Shown in pieces: positions 27,308 through 37,917 of a DNA stretch of 59,134 nucleotides. Positions within the stretch are counted from its first letter, which is position 1; every line of letters begins with the position of its first letter. A program made the translations under genes and the position numbers. The notes beneath the pieces are model-generated. The model was not told the origin of the DNA, made no database searches, and saw only the letters and a list, made by a program, of their open reading frames with translations. Origin of the DNA: an uncultured Verrucomicrobiota bacterium (GTDB taxonomy: Bacteria; Verrucomicrobiota; Verrucomicrobiia; Limisphaerales; CAIMTB01); contig CAIMTB010000475.1 in the NCBI GenBank assembly GCA_903844265.1, forward strand, positions 1 to 59,134, read 5' to 3'.

Positions 27308-28253
27308 ACCCTTCGTGACCGCGGGCGTGGAACCTCTTCCAGACTGCGAGTCGTCCGCCCGATCCGTGTTCGGGAATTATCAGGCCACCGGGAAGGGGAT
27401 CGACTCCGACGAGGCCTCTGCCGACGCAGCCACGTCGACCCCGAGGCGACGGGGCACCGCAGCTCCCCCGACCCTGCAACACGGCATCGACGAGGGCATG
27501 GCCCGGTCATTTCTCTACCGCTATCTCGCCCAGGTTTTTGACTACCCCGACGCCGATGTATGGGGGTGGATCAACGAGCCCGCGACAATCCAGGCCCTGC
27601 GTCTCTCCGCGGCCGCCCTCGCTGGAACCGGCGAAGGCGTCTCCCTGACGACGCGGGTCGAGACTACGTTGTCATCCCTGTGTTCCCACGGGTTTGAGCG
27701 TTTCCAGGACGATCATGTCGCGGCGTTCGGACACGGCGCCCGGGGTTCGTGCCCGATCAACGAGATCGAGTACGGCGACCTGAAGGCGGACCCGCTTTTC
27801 CAACCCCATCGACTCGCCGATCTCGGGGCCTTCTACCGCGCGTTTGGGCTGGTGGTTTCCGATGGCGGCGAGCGGCACGATCATGTGGCTGTCGAACTCG
27901 AGTTCATGGCGGTCCTCACGCTCAGGGAGGCGCACGCGCTCGAGCACCAACTCGGGCATGACGAATGGCTTCTCAACCGCGAAGCCGCGATTTCGTTCAT
28001 GCACGATCACATCGGACGCTGGACCCCTGCCTTCTCCCGGCGTGTGGCCCGCGCCCTCCCCGACTCTCCCATGCGCGCATGCGCCGATCTTCTGCTCGCC
28101 GCGATCGAGAACGACTGCCGACGCCTCGAGCTCACCCCGGGAAGTGAAGACCTTCTTCTCCGACCGGTCGACGCGGTCGCCGAATCGATGTGTTCCGGCT
28201 GCGGCCTCGACCAGACGCCACCCGGCGGCGACACGGTGACCAACGATCGCTAG
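27291..28253 (+). CDS. TorD/NarJ-family (delta) maturation chaperone
   Basis: SFLYRYLAQVFDYPD..., HDHVAVELEFMAVL..., FMHDHIGRWTPAF: typical TorD-family helices. ATG 27291 overlaps the beta stop by 17 nt. A shorter start at ATG 27498 (MARSFLYRY) is equally possible. Confidence 0.7.
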   Translation: MPTPSEPFVTAGVEPLPDCESSARSVFGNYQATGKGIDSDEASADAATSTPRRRGTAAPPTLQHGIDEGMARSFLYRYLAQVFDYPDADVWGWINEPATIQALRLSAAALAGTGEGVSLTTRVETTLSSLCSHGFERFQDDHVAAFGHGARGSCPINEIEYGDLKADPLFQPHRLADLGAFYRAFGLVVSDGGERHDHVAVELEFMAVLTLREAHALEHQLGHDEWLLNREAAISFMHDHIGRWTPAFSRRVARALPDSPMRACADLLLAAIENDCRRLELTPGSEDLLLRPVDAVAESMCSGCGLDQTPPGGDTVTNDR

Positions 28254-28273
28254 ACGGATCAACAAACCCGCTC

Positions 28274-29197
28274 ATGCAACTCCTCCTGGACGACGATCTG
28301 GTCGAGGGCGCGACATTCCTTTGCGCCACCCGTCGGCACGACATCCCCTCGACGTCCATCCGCCGATTCCATCAATCGCGCGAAAAAGCCTATTCCTTCC
28401 TCGACCCAGACGAGCGGCAGGAGGCGTTCGCGCGGGTGCATCAGGAATTCTTCCAGGAATGGGGCCTTCGTGCCGCACTCGATTCCGGACTCGCACGCTT
28501 CCAGAACCTCCAGCAGCACCTGATGGCGGCAGCCTTCCGAAAGGCCCGGGTCCGGACGGAGGAGGGCGCGGACCTCCACGTGAACCCCGACGCCCGGCGT
28601 CGTGCAATTGTCGCGCTTCTGCCCGAGCGCATGGCCTCCACGGACCGTCTGGACCCGTTTCTCAACCACGAACTCCAGCACGTCTCCGACATGGTGGACC
28701 CCGCCTTCGAGTATGATGCAGAAGGCGTCTCCGCGGGCGCCTCGCCATCCCAACAGCGACTCGTCCGCGAGCGCTATCGCCTGATCTGGGACGTCACGAT
28801 CGACGGCCGGCTCGGCCGGTGCGGATTCGCCACGGTCGCGACGGAAGCCGAGCGCAGCGCGGAATTTGAGCGGGCATTCGGGTTCCTGGCAGACCGCAGC
28901 GATCGATTCGTGCAGCTCTGGGAGGGTGATCACCCCACACACACGGAAGTGCTGTCGCTGGCACGCGACCCGCGGGGGTTCAGCCAGACACGACAGATCG
29001 AGCCCGGGGCGCCCTGTCCGCTCTGCGGCTTTGCCACCTTCCAGTGGATCAGGGCAGCAGACATCTCCGCCGTGGTGTTGGGACGGATTCGAAAGGATTT
29101 CAAGGAATGGCACGAGGACGAGGCTCTGTGCGCGCGATGCGCCGAAATGTATGAAGCGACCGCCATGGAAGGGCTGCCCACCACCATTGAGCTCTGA
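28274..29197 (+). CDS. Hypothetical protein with HExxH motif and C-terminal CxxC...CxxC zinc-ribbon
   Basis: ATG 28274 (MQLLLDDD...) lies 20 nt after the chaperone stop. FLNHELQHVSDM, and CPLCGFATFQW...(~40 aa)...CARCAEMYE. No family recognised. Confidence 0.55.
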   Translation: MQLLLDDDLVEGATFLCATRRHDIPSTSIRRFHQSREKAYSFLDPDERQEAFARVHQEFFQEWGLRAALDSGLARFQNLQQHLMAAAFRKARVRTEEGADLHVNPDARRRAIVALLPERMASTDRLDPFLNHELQHVSDMVDPAFEYDAEGVSAGASPSQQRLVRERYRLIWDVTIDGRLGRCGFATVATEAERSAEFERAFGFLADRSDRFVQLWEGDHPTHTEVLSLARDPRGFSQTRQIEPGAPCPLCGFATFQWIRAADISAVVLGRIRKDFKEWHEDEALCARCAEMYEATAMEGLPTTIEL

Positions 29198-29306
29198 CGC
29201 TCCCGAACCCGCGCCCCAGCACTTCGACTTCGCGCCAACTATCGTGCCGGTTCCCGGACGGCCCATCGGGTTGCATTCGATCTCCTGCGAGCCAGAGTGG
29301 GAGCAC

Positions 29307-30026
29307 ATGACCGGATCGCACTCGGAACTCAAGGAAGCGGCGCTGATGAACGCCCTGCGTTCCTCGCATGTCTTCGTAGGTCTGGGCGGTGAAGACCTTC
29401 GCCGGCTCGCGGGGCTCGTCCTCCCGCAAAACCTCGAGACCGACAATTATCTCTTCCACGAAGGCGATCCCTCCCGCGGCTTCTACATCGTGCGCAGCGG
29501 CGCGATCTGTGTCCATCGGGTCAACGCCGCCGGGAAGGAACAGGTGATCCACGTCTTCCGGGCCGGCGAGTCATTCGCCGAGGCGGCCCTCGCCATGGAA
29601 AACGGCTATCCCGCGCACGCACGCGCGCTCGAACCTTCCCAGGTGCTGCTCGTCCGTCGCGACGGCGTCATCGACATGCTCCGGTCCCAACCGGACCTCG
29701 CGCTTCGCATGATCGCCTCGATGGCGGTCCATCTCCACACCCTGGTCGGCCAGATCGAGGATCTCACGCTCAAGGATGTCGAGACGCGCCTCGCGAACTG
29801 GCTCCTGAAGCAATGTCCCAGCGCGTCCTGTATCCAGCCGTTCACCGTGCAGCTCAAAGGCACCAAGCGCGCCCTCGCCGCCGAGCTCGGCACCGTCAGT
29901 GAGACGTTCTCACGAACGCTCGCCAAGCTCCGCGAGCAGGGATTCATCGAGGTCGATGGCCCCGCCATCACCCTCCTCAACCCACAGAAACTCCGGGTCA
30001 TGCTCCGACGGAACCTCGGCGAGTGA
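29307..30026 (+). CDS. Crp/Fnr-family transcriptional regulator without N-terminal Cys cluster (Dnr/NnrR-like class)
   Basis: cNMP-binding-like beta-roll (LFHEGDPSRGFYIVRSGAICV), C-terminal HTH RALAAELGTVSETFSRTLAKLREQG with the E--SR recognition motif. Alternative start at ATG 29346. Confidence 0.85.
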   Translation: MTGSHSELKEAALMNALRSSHVFVGLGGEDLRRLAGLVLPQNLETDNYLFHEGDPSRGFYIVRSGAICVHRVNAAGKEQVIHVFRAGESFAEAALAMENGYPAHARALEPSQVLLVRRDGVIDMLRSQPDLALRMIASMAVHLHTLVGQIEDLTLKDVETRLANWLLKQCPSASCIQPFTVQLKGTKRALAAELGTVSETFSRTLAKLREQGFIEVDGPAITLLNPQKLRVMLRRNLGE

Positions 30027-30090
30027 GGCGCCACCCGCCCCGCGGAAGCGCGCCCCTCCGAAGCGGGACCCGTTGCCCCGCCCACCGGTC

Positions 30091-31527
30091 CTACTCGTTG
30101 TACGCGCTCTCGCCGTGCTCCGCGACGTCGAGGCCGGCGCTCTCCTCTTCCTCGCTCACGCGCAGTCCGACCAGGCGGTCGACAAACCTGAGGAGCACCC
30201 ACGTCGCGATGCCCGCGAAGGTTGCCGTGAAGAGGATCGCCTTGAGTTGGTTGAGAAACTGCCCGGTGCTGCCTGCAAGCGACACCACCTGCCCTCCCAC
30301 CTTGTAAGTCGAGGCAATCAGCGGGTTCACCTCGGCGCTCGCCAGGAATCCAACCATCATCGTCCCCACGGTGCTGCCGACGCCATGCACGCCAAAGACG
30401 TCCAGCGAATCGTCATAGCCAAAGCGGGCCTTCAGCTTCGAGACCGCCAGGAAACAGACAACCCCGGCGATGAGACCGATGAAAAGCGCCGACGTGGTGG
30501 TCACAAATCCCGACGCCGGCGTGATCGTGGCCAGTCCGGCAACCATGCCGGAAGCCGCCCCGAGAACGCTGGGTTTGCCGCGGAGCAGCCATTCCATGAA
30601 CGACCAGCTCAGCGCAGCCGCGGCGGCTGAAAAATGCGTCGCCGCCAGCGCGCTGGTCGCCAGCTCGTTCGCGGCAACCGCACTGCCCGCATTGAAGCCA
30701 AACCACCCCACCCAAAGCAGCCCGGTGCCGATGAGACTGAGCACGACGTTATGAGGGACCATCGGCTCGCGCGGATAGCCCATGCGCTTCCCGAGGACCA
30801 TGGACGCGACCAGCGCCGAAACTCCCGAGCTGATGTGCACCACCGTTCCCCCGGCAAAATCGAGCACCGGGATCGCGCCGCCCAACGCCCAGTTGAAACA
30901 CCCCCCCTTCCCCCAGACCATGTGCGCCAGCGGGAAATAGACGAGCGTCACCCACAGTCCCGTGAACAAAAGGTAGCCCGGAAAACGGATGCGCTCCGCA
31001 ATCGCGCCACTGATCAGGGCCGGCGTGATGATCGCAAACATCATCTGGAACAGCATGAATGTCTGTTGCGGCACCGTTGCGGCGTAGTCCGCATTCGGCG
31101 CGCCCCCCACGCCCTTCAGCAGAAAATACTGGAACGGATTGCCAAAGAACGCGTTCCCCTCACCAAACGCCACGCTGTACCCGAAGACCGCCCACAGCAC
31201 CGACACCAGGCCCATCAGAATCAGGCTGTGCATCATCGTCGCCAGCACGTTCTTGCTCCGCACCAGACCGCCGTAGAACAGAATCAACCCAGGCGCGGTC
31301 ATCATCAGAACCATCCCCGTGCTGACCAGCATCCACGCATTGTCACCCGAGTTGATCGCCGATGCCGATTTCGCGGCCTGCTCCAGACGCGCCAACCGCG
31401 CTTCCACACCCGCCGCCCCATCCCCCGCCACATCCGCCGAAAACGCGCTCAACCCGGCGCCGAAAATCCCCATCCCGAGGATCAACCCCATGAAAAACAC
31501 GCAGGCCAAGCGATGAACGGCTTTCAT
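30091..31527 (-). CDS. amtB: Ammonium transporter (Amt family)
   Basis: Signal peptide, DNAWMLVSTGMVLMMTAPGLILFYGG, DFAGGTVVHISSG, and SLDVFGVHGVGSTVG with the twin-His context. Confidence 0.9.
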   Translation of the reverse strand: MKAVHRLACVFFMGLILGMGIFGAGLSAFSADVAGDGAAGVEARLARLEQAAKSASAINSGDNAWMLVSTGMVLMMTAPGLILFYGGLVRSKNVLATMMHSLILMGLVSVLWAVFGYSVAFGEGNAFFGNPFQYFLLKGVGGAPNADYAATVPQQTFMLFQMMFAIITPALISGAIAERIRFPGYLLFTGLWVTLVYFPLAHMVWGKGGCFNWALGGAIPVLDFAGGTVVHISSGVSALVASMVLGKRMGYPREPMVPHNVVLSLIGTGLLWVGWFGFNAGSAVAANELATSALAATHFSAAAAALSWSFMEWLLRGKPSVLGAASGMVAGLATITPASGFVTTTSALFIGLIAGVVCFLAVSKLKARFGYDDSLDVFGVHGVGSTVGTMMVGFLASAEVNPLIASTYKVGGQVVSLAGSTGQFLNQLKAILFTATFAGIATWVLLRFVDRLVGLRVSEEEESAGLDVAEHGESAYNE

Positions 31528-31601
31528 TAAAGCCCGATCCTAGGCCGGCCAATGGTTTGCTTGTCAAACCCGGGACGGCCCGGGCGGCAATTCCAGGTCC
31601 A

Positions 31602-33161
<1,560 letters not shown>

Positions 33162-33345
33162 GGCCGCCCTTTCTACACCGGATCAGCGGCACGCGAAAGC
33201 ACGACGTGCATTGCAGCCCAACACCCCAACACCAAACAAAGGGACAGGTCGTTTATTGGATCGACCTCAACCCGCCGGTTGGCGCCCCCGCGCATTGACT
33301 TGCTTCCGCGCCCGCCGATAGCGTGAGCGACCCGAAAGATCCTCC

Positions 33346-34074
33346 ATGCTGGAAGCCCTCGAGAAACTTCTTATCCTTCAGGAGCGCGACCGGCGCCTCC
33401 TCCGCCTCCGCGCAGAACTCGCCGACATCGACCCCCAACGGCGCCTTGTGCAGTCCCGACGCACCACCGCCGAGCAGGAATTCGAAAAATCAAAATTCCG
33501 TTCCCACCAGCTCGAATCCGAGCGCAAGCGGCTCGAACTTGAGGTCGAGACCAGGAAATCCCAGATCGATCGGTACTCCGCGCAACAGTGGCAGACCAAG
33601 AAGAACGAGGAATACAAGGCCCTCACCCACGAAATCACCACGTGCAAGGAGGCCATCCGCCAACTCGAGGACCAACAACTCGCCTTGATGGAACAGAGTG
33701 AGGCCGCCGATCGCACCGTCGCCACAGCCGCCGAAGTCCTGAAGCGCGCCAAGGCCGACGCCGACGTCCAACTCCAGCAGTTCACCACCGCCGAATCCCG
33801 CCTCAGCGCCCAACTCGCCGAGGCCGAACAAAACCGCAGCCAGGCCGCGGCGGTCATCGACCCCACCGTCGTCATCCGCTACGAGCGCATCCTCAAGAAC
33901 CGCGGCGACAAGGTCATCGTCGACGTCGAGCGCGGGGTCTGCGGCGGATGCCACATGAAGCTGTCCCGCCAGGACGTCATCAACTGCCAGGCCAGCCGCG
34001 AGATCATCAATTGTCCGAATTGCGGCCGCATCCTCTATTATCTCCCAGGCATGGACGTCACCGCCGCGGAGTAG
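33346..34074 (+). CDS. COG1579-type coiled-coil protein with C-terminal C4 zinc ribbon
   Basis: Long heptad-like region, then CGGCHMKLSRQDV...INCPNCGRILY. Confidence 0.7.
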   Translation: MLEALEKLLILQERDRRLLRLRAELADIDPQRRLVQSRRTTAEQEFEKSKFRSHQLESERKRLELEVETRKSQIDRYSAQQWQTKKNEEYKALTHEITTCKEAIRQLEDQQLALMEQSEAADRTVATAAEVLKRAKADADVQLQQFTTAESRLSAQLAEAEQNRSQAAAVIDPTVVIRYERILKNRGDKVIVDVERGVCGGCHMKLSRQDVINCQASREIINCPNCGRILYYLPGMDVTAAE

Positions 34075-34309
34075 GTCAGACCCTCACCCTGCGGCCCGCT
34101 TCAGCGGAACAGTGGCAACTGTGCCCGACTGACCGACGGAACGTTGTCGAGGACGGCTCCAGCGCCGCGCCGGCGGGTCCGTGCCCCGGATCACCCCATG
34201 GAAAGGTGAGACCCGGCATCCTGCCGACAATCCTGCAAGGGACGCCCTCTCCAGAGCGTGGATCCGGACTGCCCAACAATTCCGTCGCACACCCCCAGTC
34301 ACCCCGCCG

Positions 34310-35719
34310 ATGAACGCAGCGTCGCCCCGCGCCATTCCGTCCGTGGACAAACTTCTCTCGGCCCTCGATGTCACGGCCATCCCCCGCAGCGTGGTCACCC
34401 GCAGCGTCCGTGAGCATCTCGACGAACTCCGCCGCACGACGCCTCTCGAGATTCCTCCCTTCGACGTCCTGGTCGCCCAATTGCGCACGAAACTCACCGC
34501 GCTCCAGCGCTCGCGGCTCCAACCCGTCATCAACGCCACCGGCATCCTCGCCCACACCAACCTCGGCCGCTCGCCCCTCAGCCCCTCCGCCGCCACCGCG
34601 GTCTACGACGCTGCCCGCGGTTATTCCAACCTCGAATTCGACCTCGAATCCGGCGAACGCGGACGCCGCGGCGCCTACGTCGAGTCAGCCCTCGCCCTGC
34701 TCTGCGAATCCGAGGACGCCACCCTCGTCAACAACGGCGCCGCCGCCCTCGCCCTCATCCTCCGCAACCTCGTCCGCCCCGCGCGCAACGAGGTCGTGAT
34801 CTCCCGTGGTGAACTGGTCCAGATCGGCGGCGGCTTCCGCATCCCCGACATCCTGGAGACGTCCGGCGCCCGGCTTCGCGAAATCGGCACGACCAATCGA
34901 ACGACCCTCGACGACTACCGCGGCGCCATCGGCGAGCGCACGGCCCTGCTGCTCAAGGTCCATCGAAGCAACTTCTTCATGGAAGGCTTTGTCGAATCAC
35001 CCGCCCACGCCGGACTCGCCGCGCTCGCGCGCGAACACTCCCTCCCGTTCGTCGAAGACCTCGGCAGCGGAGCCCTCGTCGACATCGCCACCCTCGCGCC
35101 GGTCAACCACGAACCCCAACCCCAGGAATCGATCCGCGCCGGCGCCGACGTCGTCTGCTTCAGCGCCGACAAGCTCCTCGGCGGTCCGCAGGCCGGAGTC
35201 ATCATCGGCAGGACATCCCTCATCCAGGGCTTCCGCCGCGACCCGCTCTTCCGGGCACTCCGCTGCGACAAACTCATCATCGCCGCGCTCCAGGCCACCG
35301 TGGAAGCCTACCTGCACTCCCTCGCAAGCAGGGATTCCAAGCCACCGGGGGACATCCCCGTCCTCGCCATGATGCAAATCCCGGTGTCTGAACTCGAGCA
35401 GCGCGCGGACCGGATGCTCACGGCCTTGGCCAGCCTCCCGTCGAAATGCGAAATCGGGACCGGCCGGTCCCAGGTGGGTGGCGGCGTCTGCCCACGCTCG
35501 TTCATCCCATCCGTCACCGTTCGAATCCGCCCCAACTCCATCTCCCTCGACGACTTTGCCGCCCGTCTCCGCCGCGGCGCGCCCCCCGTCATCGGCTTCA
35601 TCTCCGAGGACAGTTTCCAGCTCGACCTCCGAAGCGTGCCTCCTTCCCAGGATGCCGAACTGATCAGCGCCATCCACGCCACCTTGATGAAGGAACCACC
35701 CGAAGGCCGTGACCCGTGA
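34310..35719 (+). CDS. selA: L-seryl-tRNA(Sec) selenium transferase
   Basis: ATG 34310 (MNAASPRAIPSVDKLL). VINATGILAHTNLGRSPLS, and FSADKLLGGPQAGVIIG with the PLP lysine. Confidence 0.9.
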   Translation: MNAASPRAIPSVDKLLSALDVTAIPRSVVTRSVREHLDELRRTTPLEIPPFDVLVAQLRTKLTALQRSRLQPVINATGILAHTNLGRSPLSPSAATAVYDAARGYSNLEFDLESGERGRRGAYVESALALLCESEDATLVNNGAAALALILRNLVRPARNEVVISRGELVQIGGGFRIPDILETSGARLREIGTTNRTTLDDYRGAIGERTALLLKVHRSNFFMEGFVESPAHAGLAALAREHSLPFVEDLGSGALVDIATLAPVNHEPQPQESIRAGADVVCFSADKLLGGPQAGVIIGRTSLIQGFRRDPLFRALRCDKLIIAALQATVEAYLHSLASRDSKPPGDIPVLAMMQIPVSELEQRADRMLTALASLPSKCEIGTGRSQVGGGVCPRSFIPSVTVRIRPNSISLDDFAARLRRGAPPVIGFISEDSFQLDLRSVPPSQDAELISAIHATLMKEPPEGRDP

Positions 35720-35736
35720 CCAGCAACCCGTAGTCA

Positions 35737-37728
35737 GTGACCCTCCGTTATCCGGCCCAACACCCCGTGCCCCTCCCTCCCCCCTCCTTCATCCTGGCCA
35801 CCGCAGGTCATGTCGACCACGGCAAGAGCGCGCTGGTCAAGGCCCTGACCGGCACGGATCCGGACCGACTCCCCGAAGAGAAGGAGCGCGGCATCACGAT
35901 CGACCTCGGGTTCGCCCACCTCGAATTGATCGCCCCAGTCGGGAACCCGCAGGGTGCCGAACGCTATTCCTGCGGCATCGTGGATGTCCCGGGCCACGAG
36001 GATTTCGTCCGCAACATGGTCGCCGGTGTCGGGTCCATCGACCTCGCGCTTCTCGTCGTTGCCGCCGATGACGGCTGGATGCCGCAGACCGAGGAGCACC
36101 TCCAGATCCTCCTCCACCTCGGCGTGGAGAGGGCGGTCGTGGCGCTCGCCAAGTCCGACCTCGTGCCCGATCCGGAAGCGGTCGCCACGAATGTCCGCCT
36201 CCGACTTGCGGGCACCGCACTTGCCGAGGCGCCCATCGTGCCTACATCTGTAGTCACGGGTGGCGGGCTTGACGATCTCCGGAGCTCGCTCGCATCGGTC
36301 CTCGCGGCATCCCCGTTGCCCGCGGACATCGGTTGTCCTCGACTCTGGGTCGACCGCGCCTTCGCCCTGCATGGCATCGGCACGGTGGTCACCGGGACAT
36401 TGACCGGAGGTTGGTTCAAGCGCGGGGACCCGGTCCTCGCGCAGCCTGGCGCGCGGCCGAGCCGGGTTCGTTCCTGCCAATCCCACGGCCGGGAGAAGGA
36501 TCTTGTCGGTCCCGGCATGCGGGTGGCGCTGAATCTTCCCGACCTCGCGCCGTTCGAGAGCGACCCGGTGTCCGGCCTGCGACGTGGCGCCATGATCACC
36601 ACCGCGGCAGCGGGACCGGAGACTTCGACACTCGACGTCGTCGTCGAGCGCTCCCCGCGCCCGTTGCACACGAGCCTCCGGACGATGCGCCCGTTGAAGG
36701 ACGGGGCGATCGTCCTCCTGCACCTCGGCAGCGGGCATGTTCCCGCGCGGCTGCGTCTCCTCGATTTGCCGGAATTGACCGCGGGATCGGCAGCTCTCGC
36801 GCAACTGCGGTTGGAGCGCCCCGGATTCGCGTTTGCCGGCGATCGCTTCATCCTGCGCGACCCCGCGCAGCAGGTCACCCTTGCCGGCGGGCGCGTGCTT
36901 GATCCCGACGCGCGTCGCGCCGGCTCGCGAAATCCCGATCGGCTCCGCGCCCTCGCCGCATGCATGGCCCAACCCGAAGAGGCGGCTCCCTTCATCCTGC
37001 TCGCCCTTCAGCGTCCGAAGATCGCGCCGACCTCCGAACTCCTTCGCCGCTCGCGCTTCGACCCCAAGACAATCGCCACCGCGATCGACTCGCTCGTCGC
37101 CGATGGCGAGGTGGTGCGGGTCGGCGGTCTCCTCGCGATCTCGAGCGTGTGGTGGGGGATCCGCGCCGCGGCCATCGCCGCGATCGAGGAGAGCCACAGG
37201 CGCCAACCCGGGCTTCCTGGTCTCGCGCTCACCGAGCTTCGAGCCATCCTTGCCCGGATCCACGGCCTGGATGTCGGCTTCGACGAACTGGTCTCCTCCC
37301 TCGCCCGGTCCGGGTTTCTCGAGGAGGGAAAGACCATCCGACACGCCGGTCATCAACCCACCTCTTCCCCGACCTCGACAGCCGCGGAAATCCGGATCCT
37401 CCAAAGGCTCGGGATCCGGCCGCTCGATCCGCCCATCCGCCGCGAACTCGCGACCGACGCGCCGGCCCAGCAGGCGCTTCGCCGTCTGGTCCAGGCCCGC
37501 GCTCTCGTCGAGTTGGGACCCGACATCGTGGTGGCTGCCGAGGTGTACGATCGGGCCAGGGAGGTGATCCGGGTCTTCCTCGCCGAGCACGGGACCGCGA
37601 CAGCCGGTGAATTGCGCGAGGCACTGGCCACGACCCGCAGGGTGATCATTCCGCTCCTGGAACGGTGCGATCGGGAAGGGCTGACACGCCGTGACGGGAA
37701 CTCGAGGAGCCTCCGGAAACCCGCCTGA
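35737..37728 (+). CDS. selB: Selenocysteine-specific elongation factor
   Basis: GTG start 18 nt after the selA stop. [33 protein letters not shown], and a long C-terminal winged-helix region (663 aa). Confidence 0.9.
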   Translation: MTLRYPAQHPVPLPPPSFILATAGHVDHGKSALVKALTGTDPDRLPEEKERGITIDLGFAHLELIAPVGNPQGAERYSCGIVDVPGHEDFVRNMVAGVGSIDLALLVVAADDGWMPQTEEHLQILLHLGVERAVVALAKSDLVPDPEAVATNVRLRLAGTALAEAPIVPTSVVTGGGLDDLRSSLASVLAASPLPADIGCPRLWVDRAFALHGIGTVVTGTLTGGWFKRGDPVLAQPGARPSRVRSCQSHGREKDLVGPGMRVALNLPDLAPFESDPVSGLRRGAMITTAAAGPETSTLDVVVERSPRPLHTSLRTMRPLKDGAIVLLHLGSGHVPARLRLLDLPELTAGSAALAQLRLERPGFAFAGDRFILRDPAQQVTLAGGRVLDPDARRAGSRNPDRLRALAACMAQPEEAAPFILLALQRPKIAPTSELLRRSRFDPKTIATAIDSLVADGEVVRVGGLLAISSVWWGIRAAAIAAIEESHRRQPGLPGLALTELRAILARIHGLDVGFDELVSSLARSGFLEEGKTIRHAGHQPTSSPTSTAAEIRILQRLGIRPLDPPIRRELATDAPAQQALRRLVQARALVELGPDIVVAAEVYDRAREVIRVFLAEHGTATAGELREALATTRRVIIPLLERCDREGLTRRDGNSRSLRKPA

Positions 37729-37917
37729 TGTCAATGTCTTACATTTTCATTAGCAACGGGTTGCAATTAATGGAAACACCGTCAAGCCTATCCTTCCTTC
37801 ATAAGAAACCGTTGACACCCCTTCGACCACTGTTAGCGTTCCTTCACTCATTTGCGTGAGGGCCCGCGTGTCTCACAGCATCGGGTTCACGAATTGGAAG
37901 CATTGGAAAGCAACTCT

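Noticed and set aside
34075-34309. Possible tRNA-Sec (selC) or other ncRNA in the 236-nt gap upstream of selA
   Set aside because: No GGTTCGA-type T-arm, no 8-bp acceptor stem, and no CTTCAAA anticodon loop on either strand. The gcTTCAgc there sits in a 4-bp tetraloop hairpin. Only generic hairpins were seen.
37812-37840. Sigma-70 promoter and GCAAC-gg-GTTGC palindrome (about 37765-37776) upstream of ppdK
   Set aside because: TTGACA at 37812-37817 has no convincing -10 at 16-18 nt spacing. The 5-2-5 palindrome is too short to distinguish from chance.
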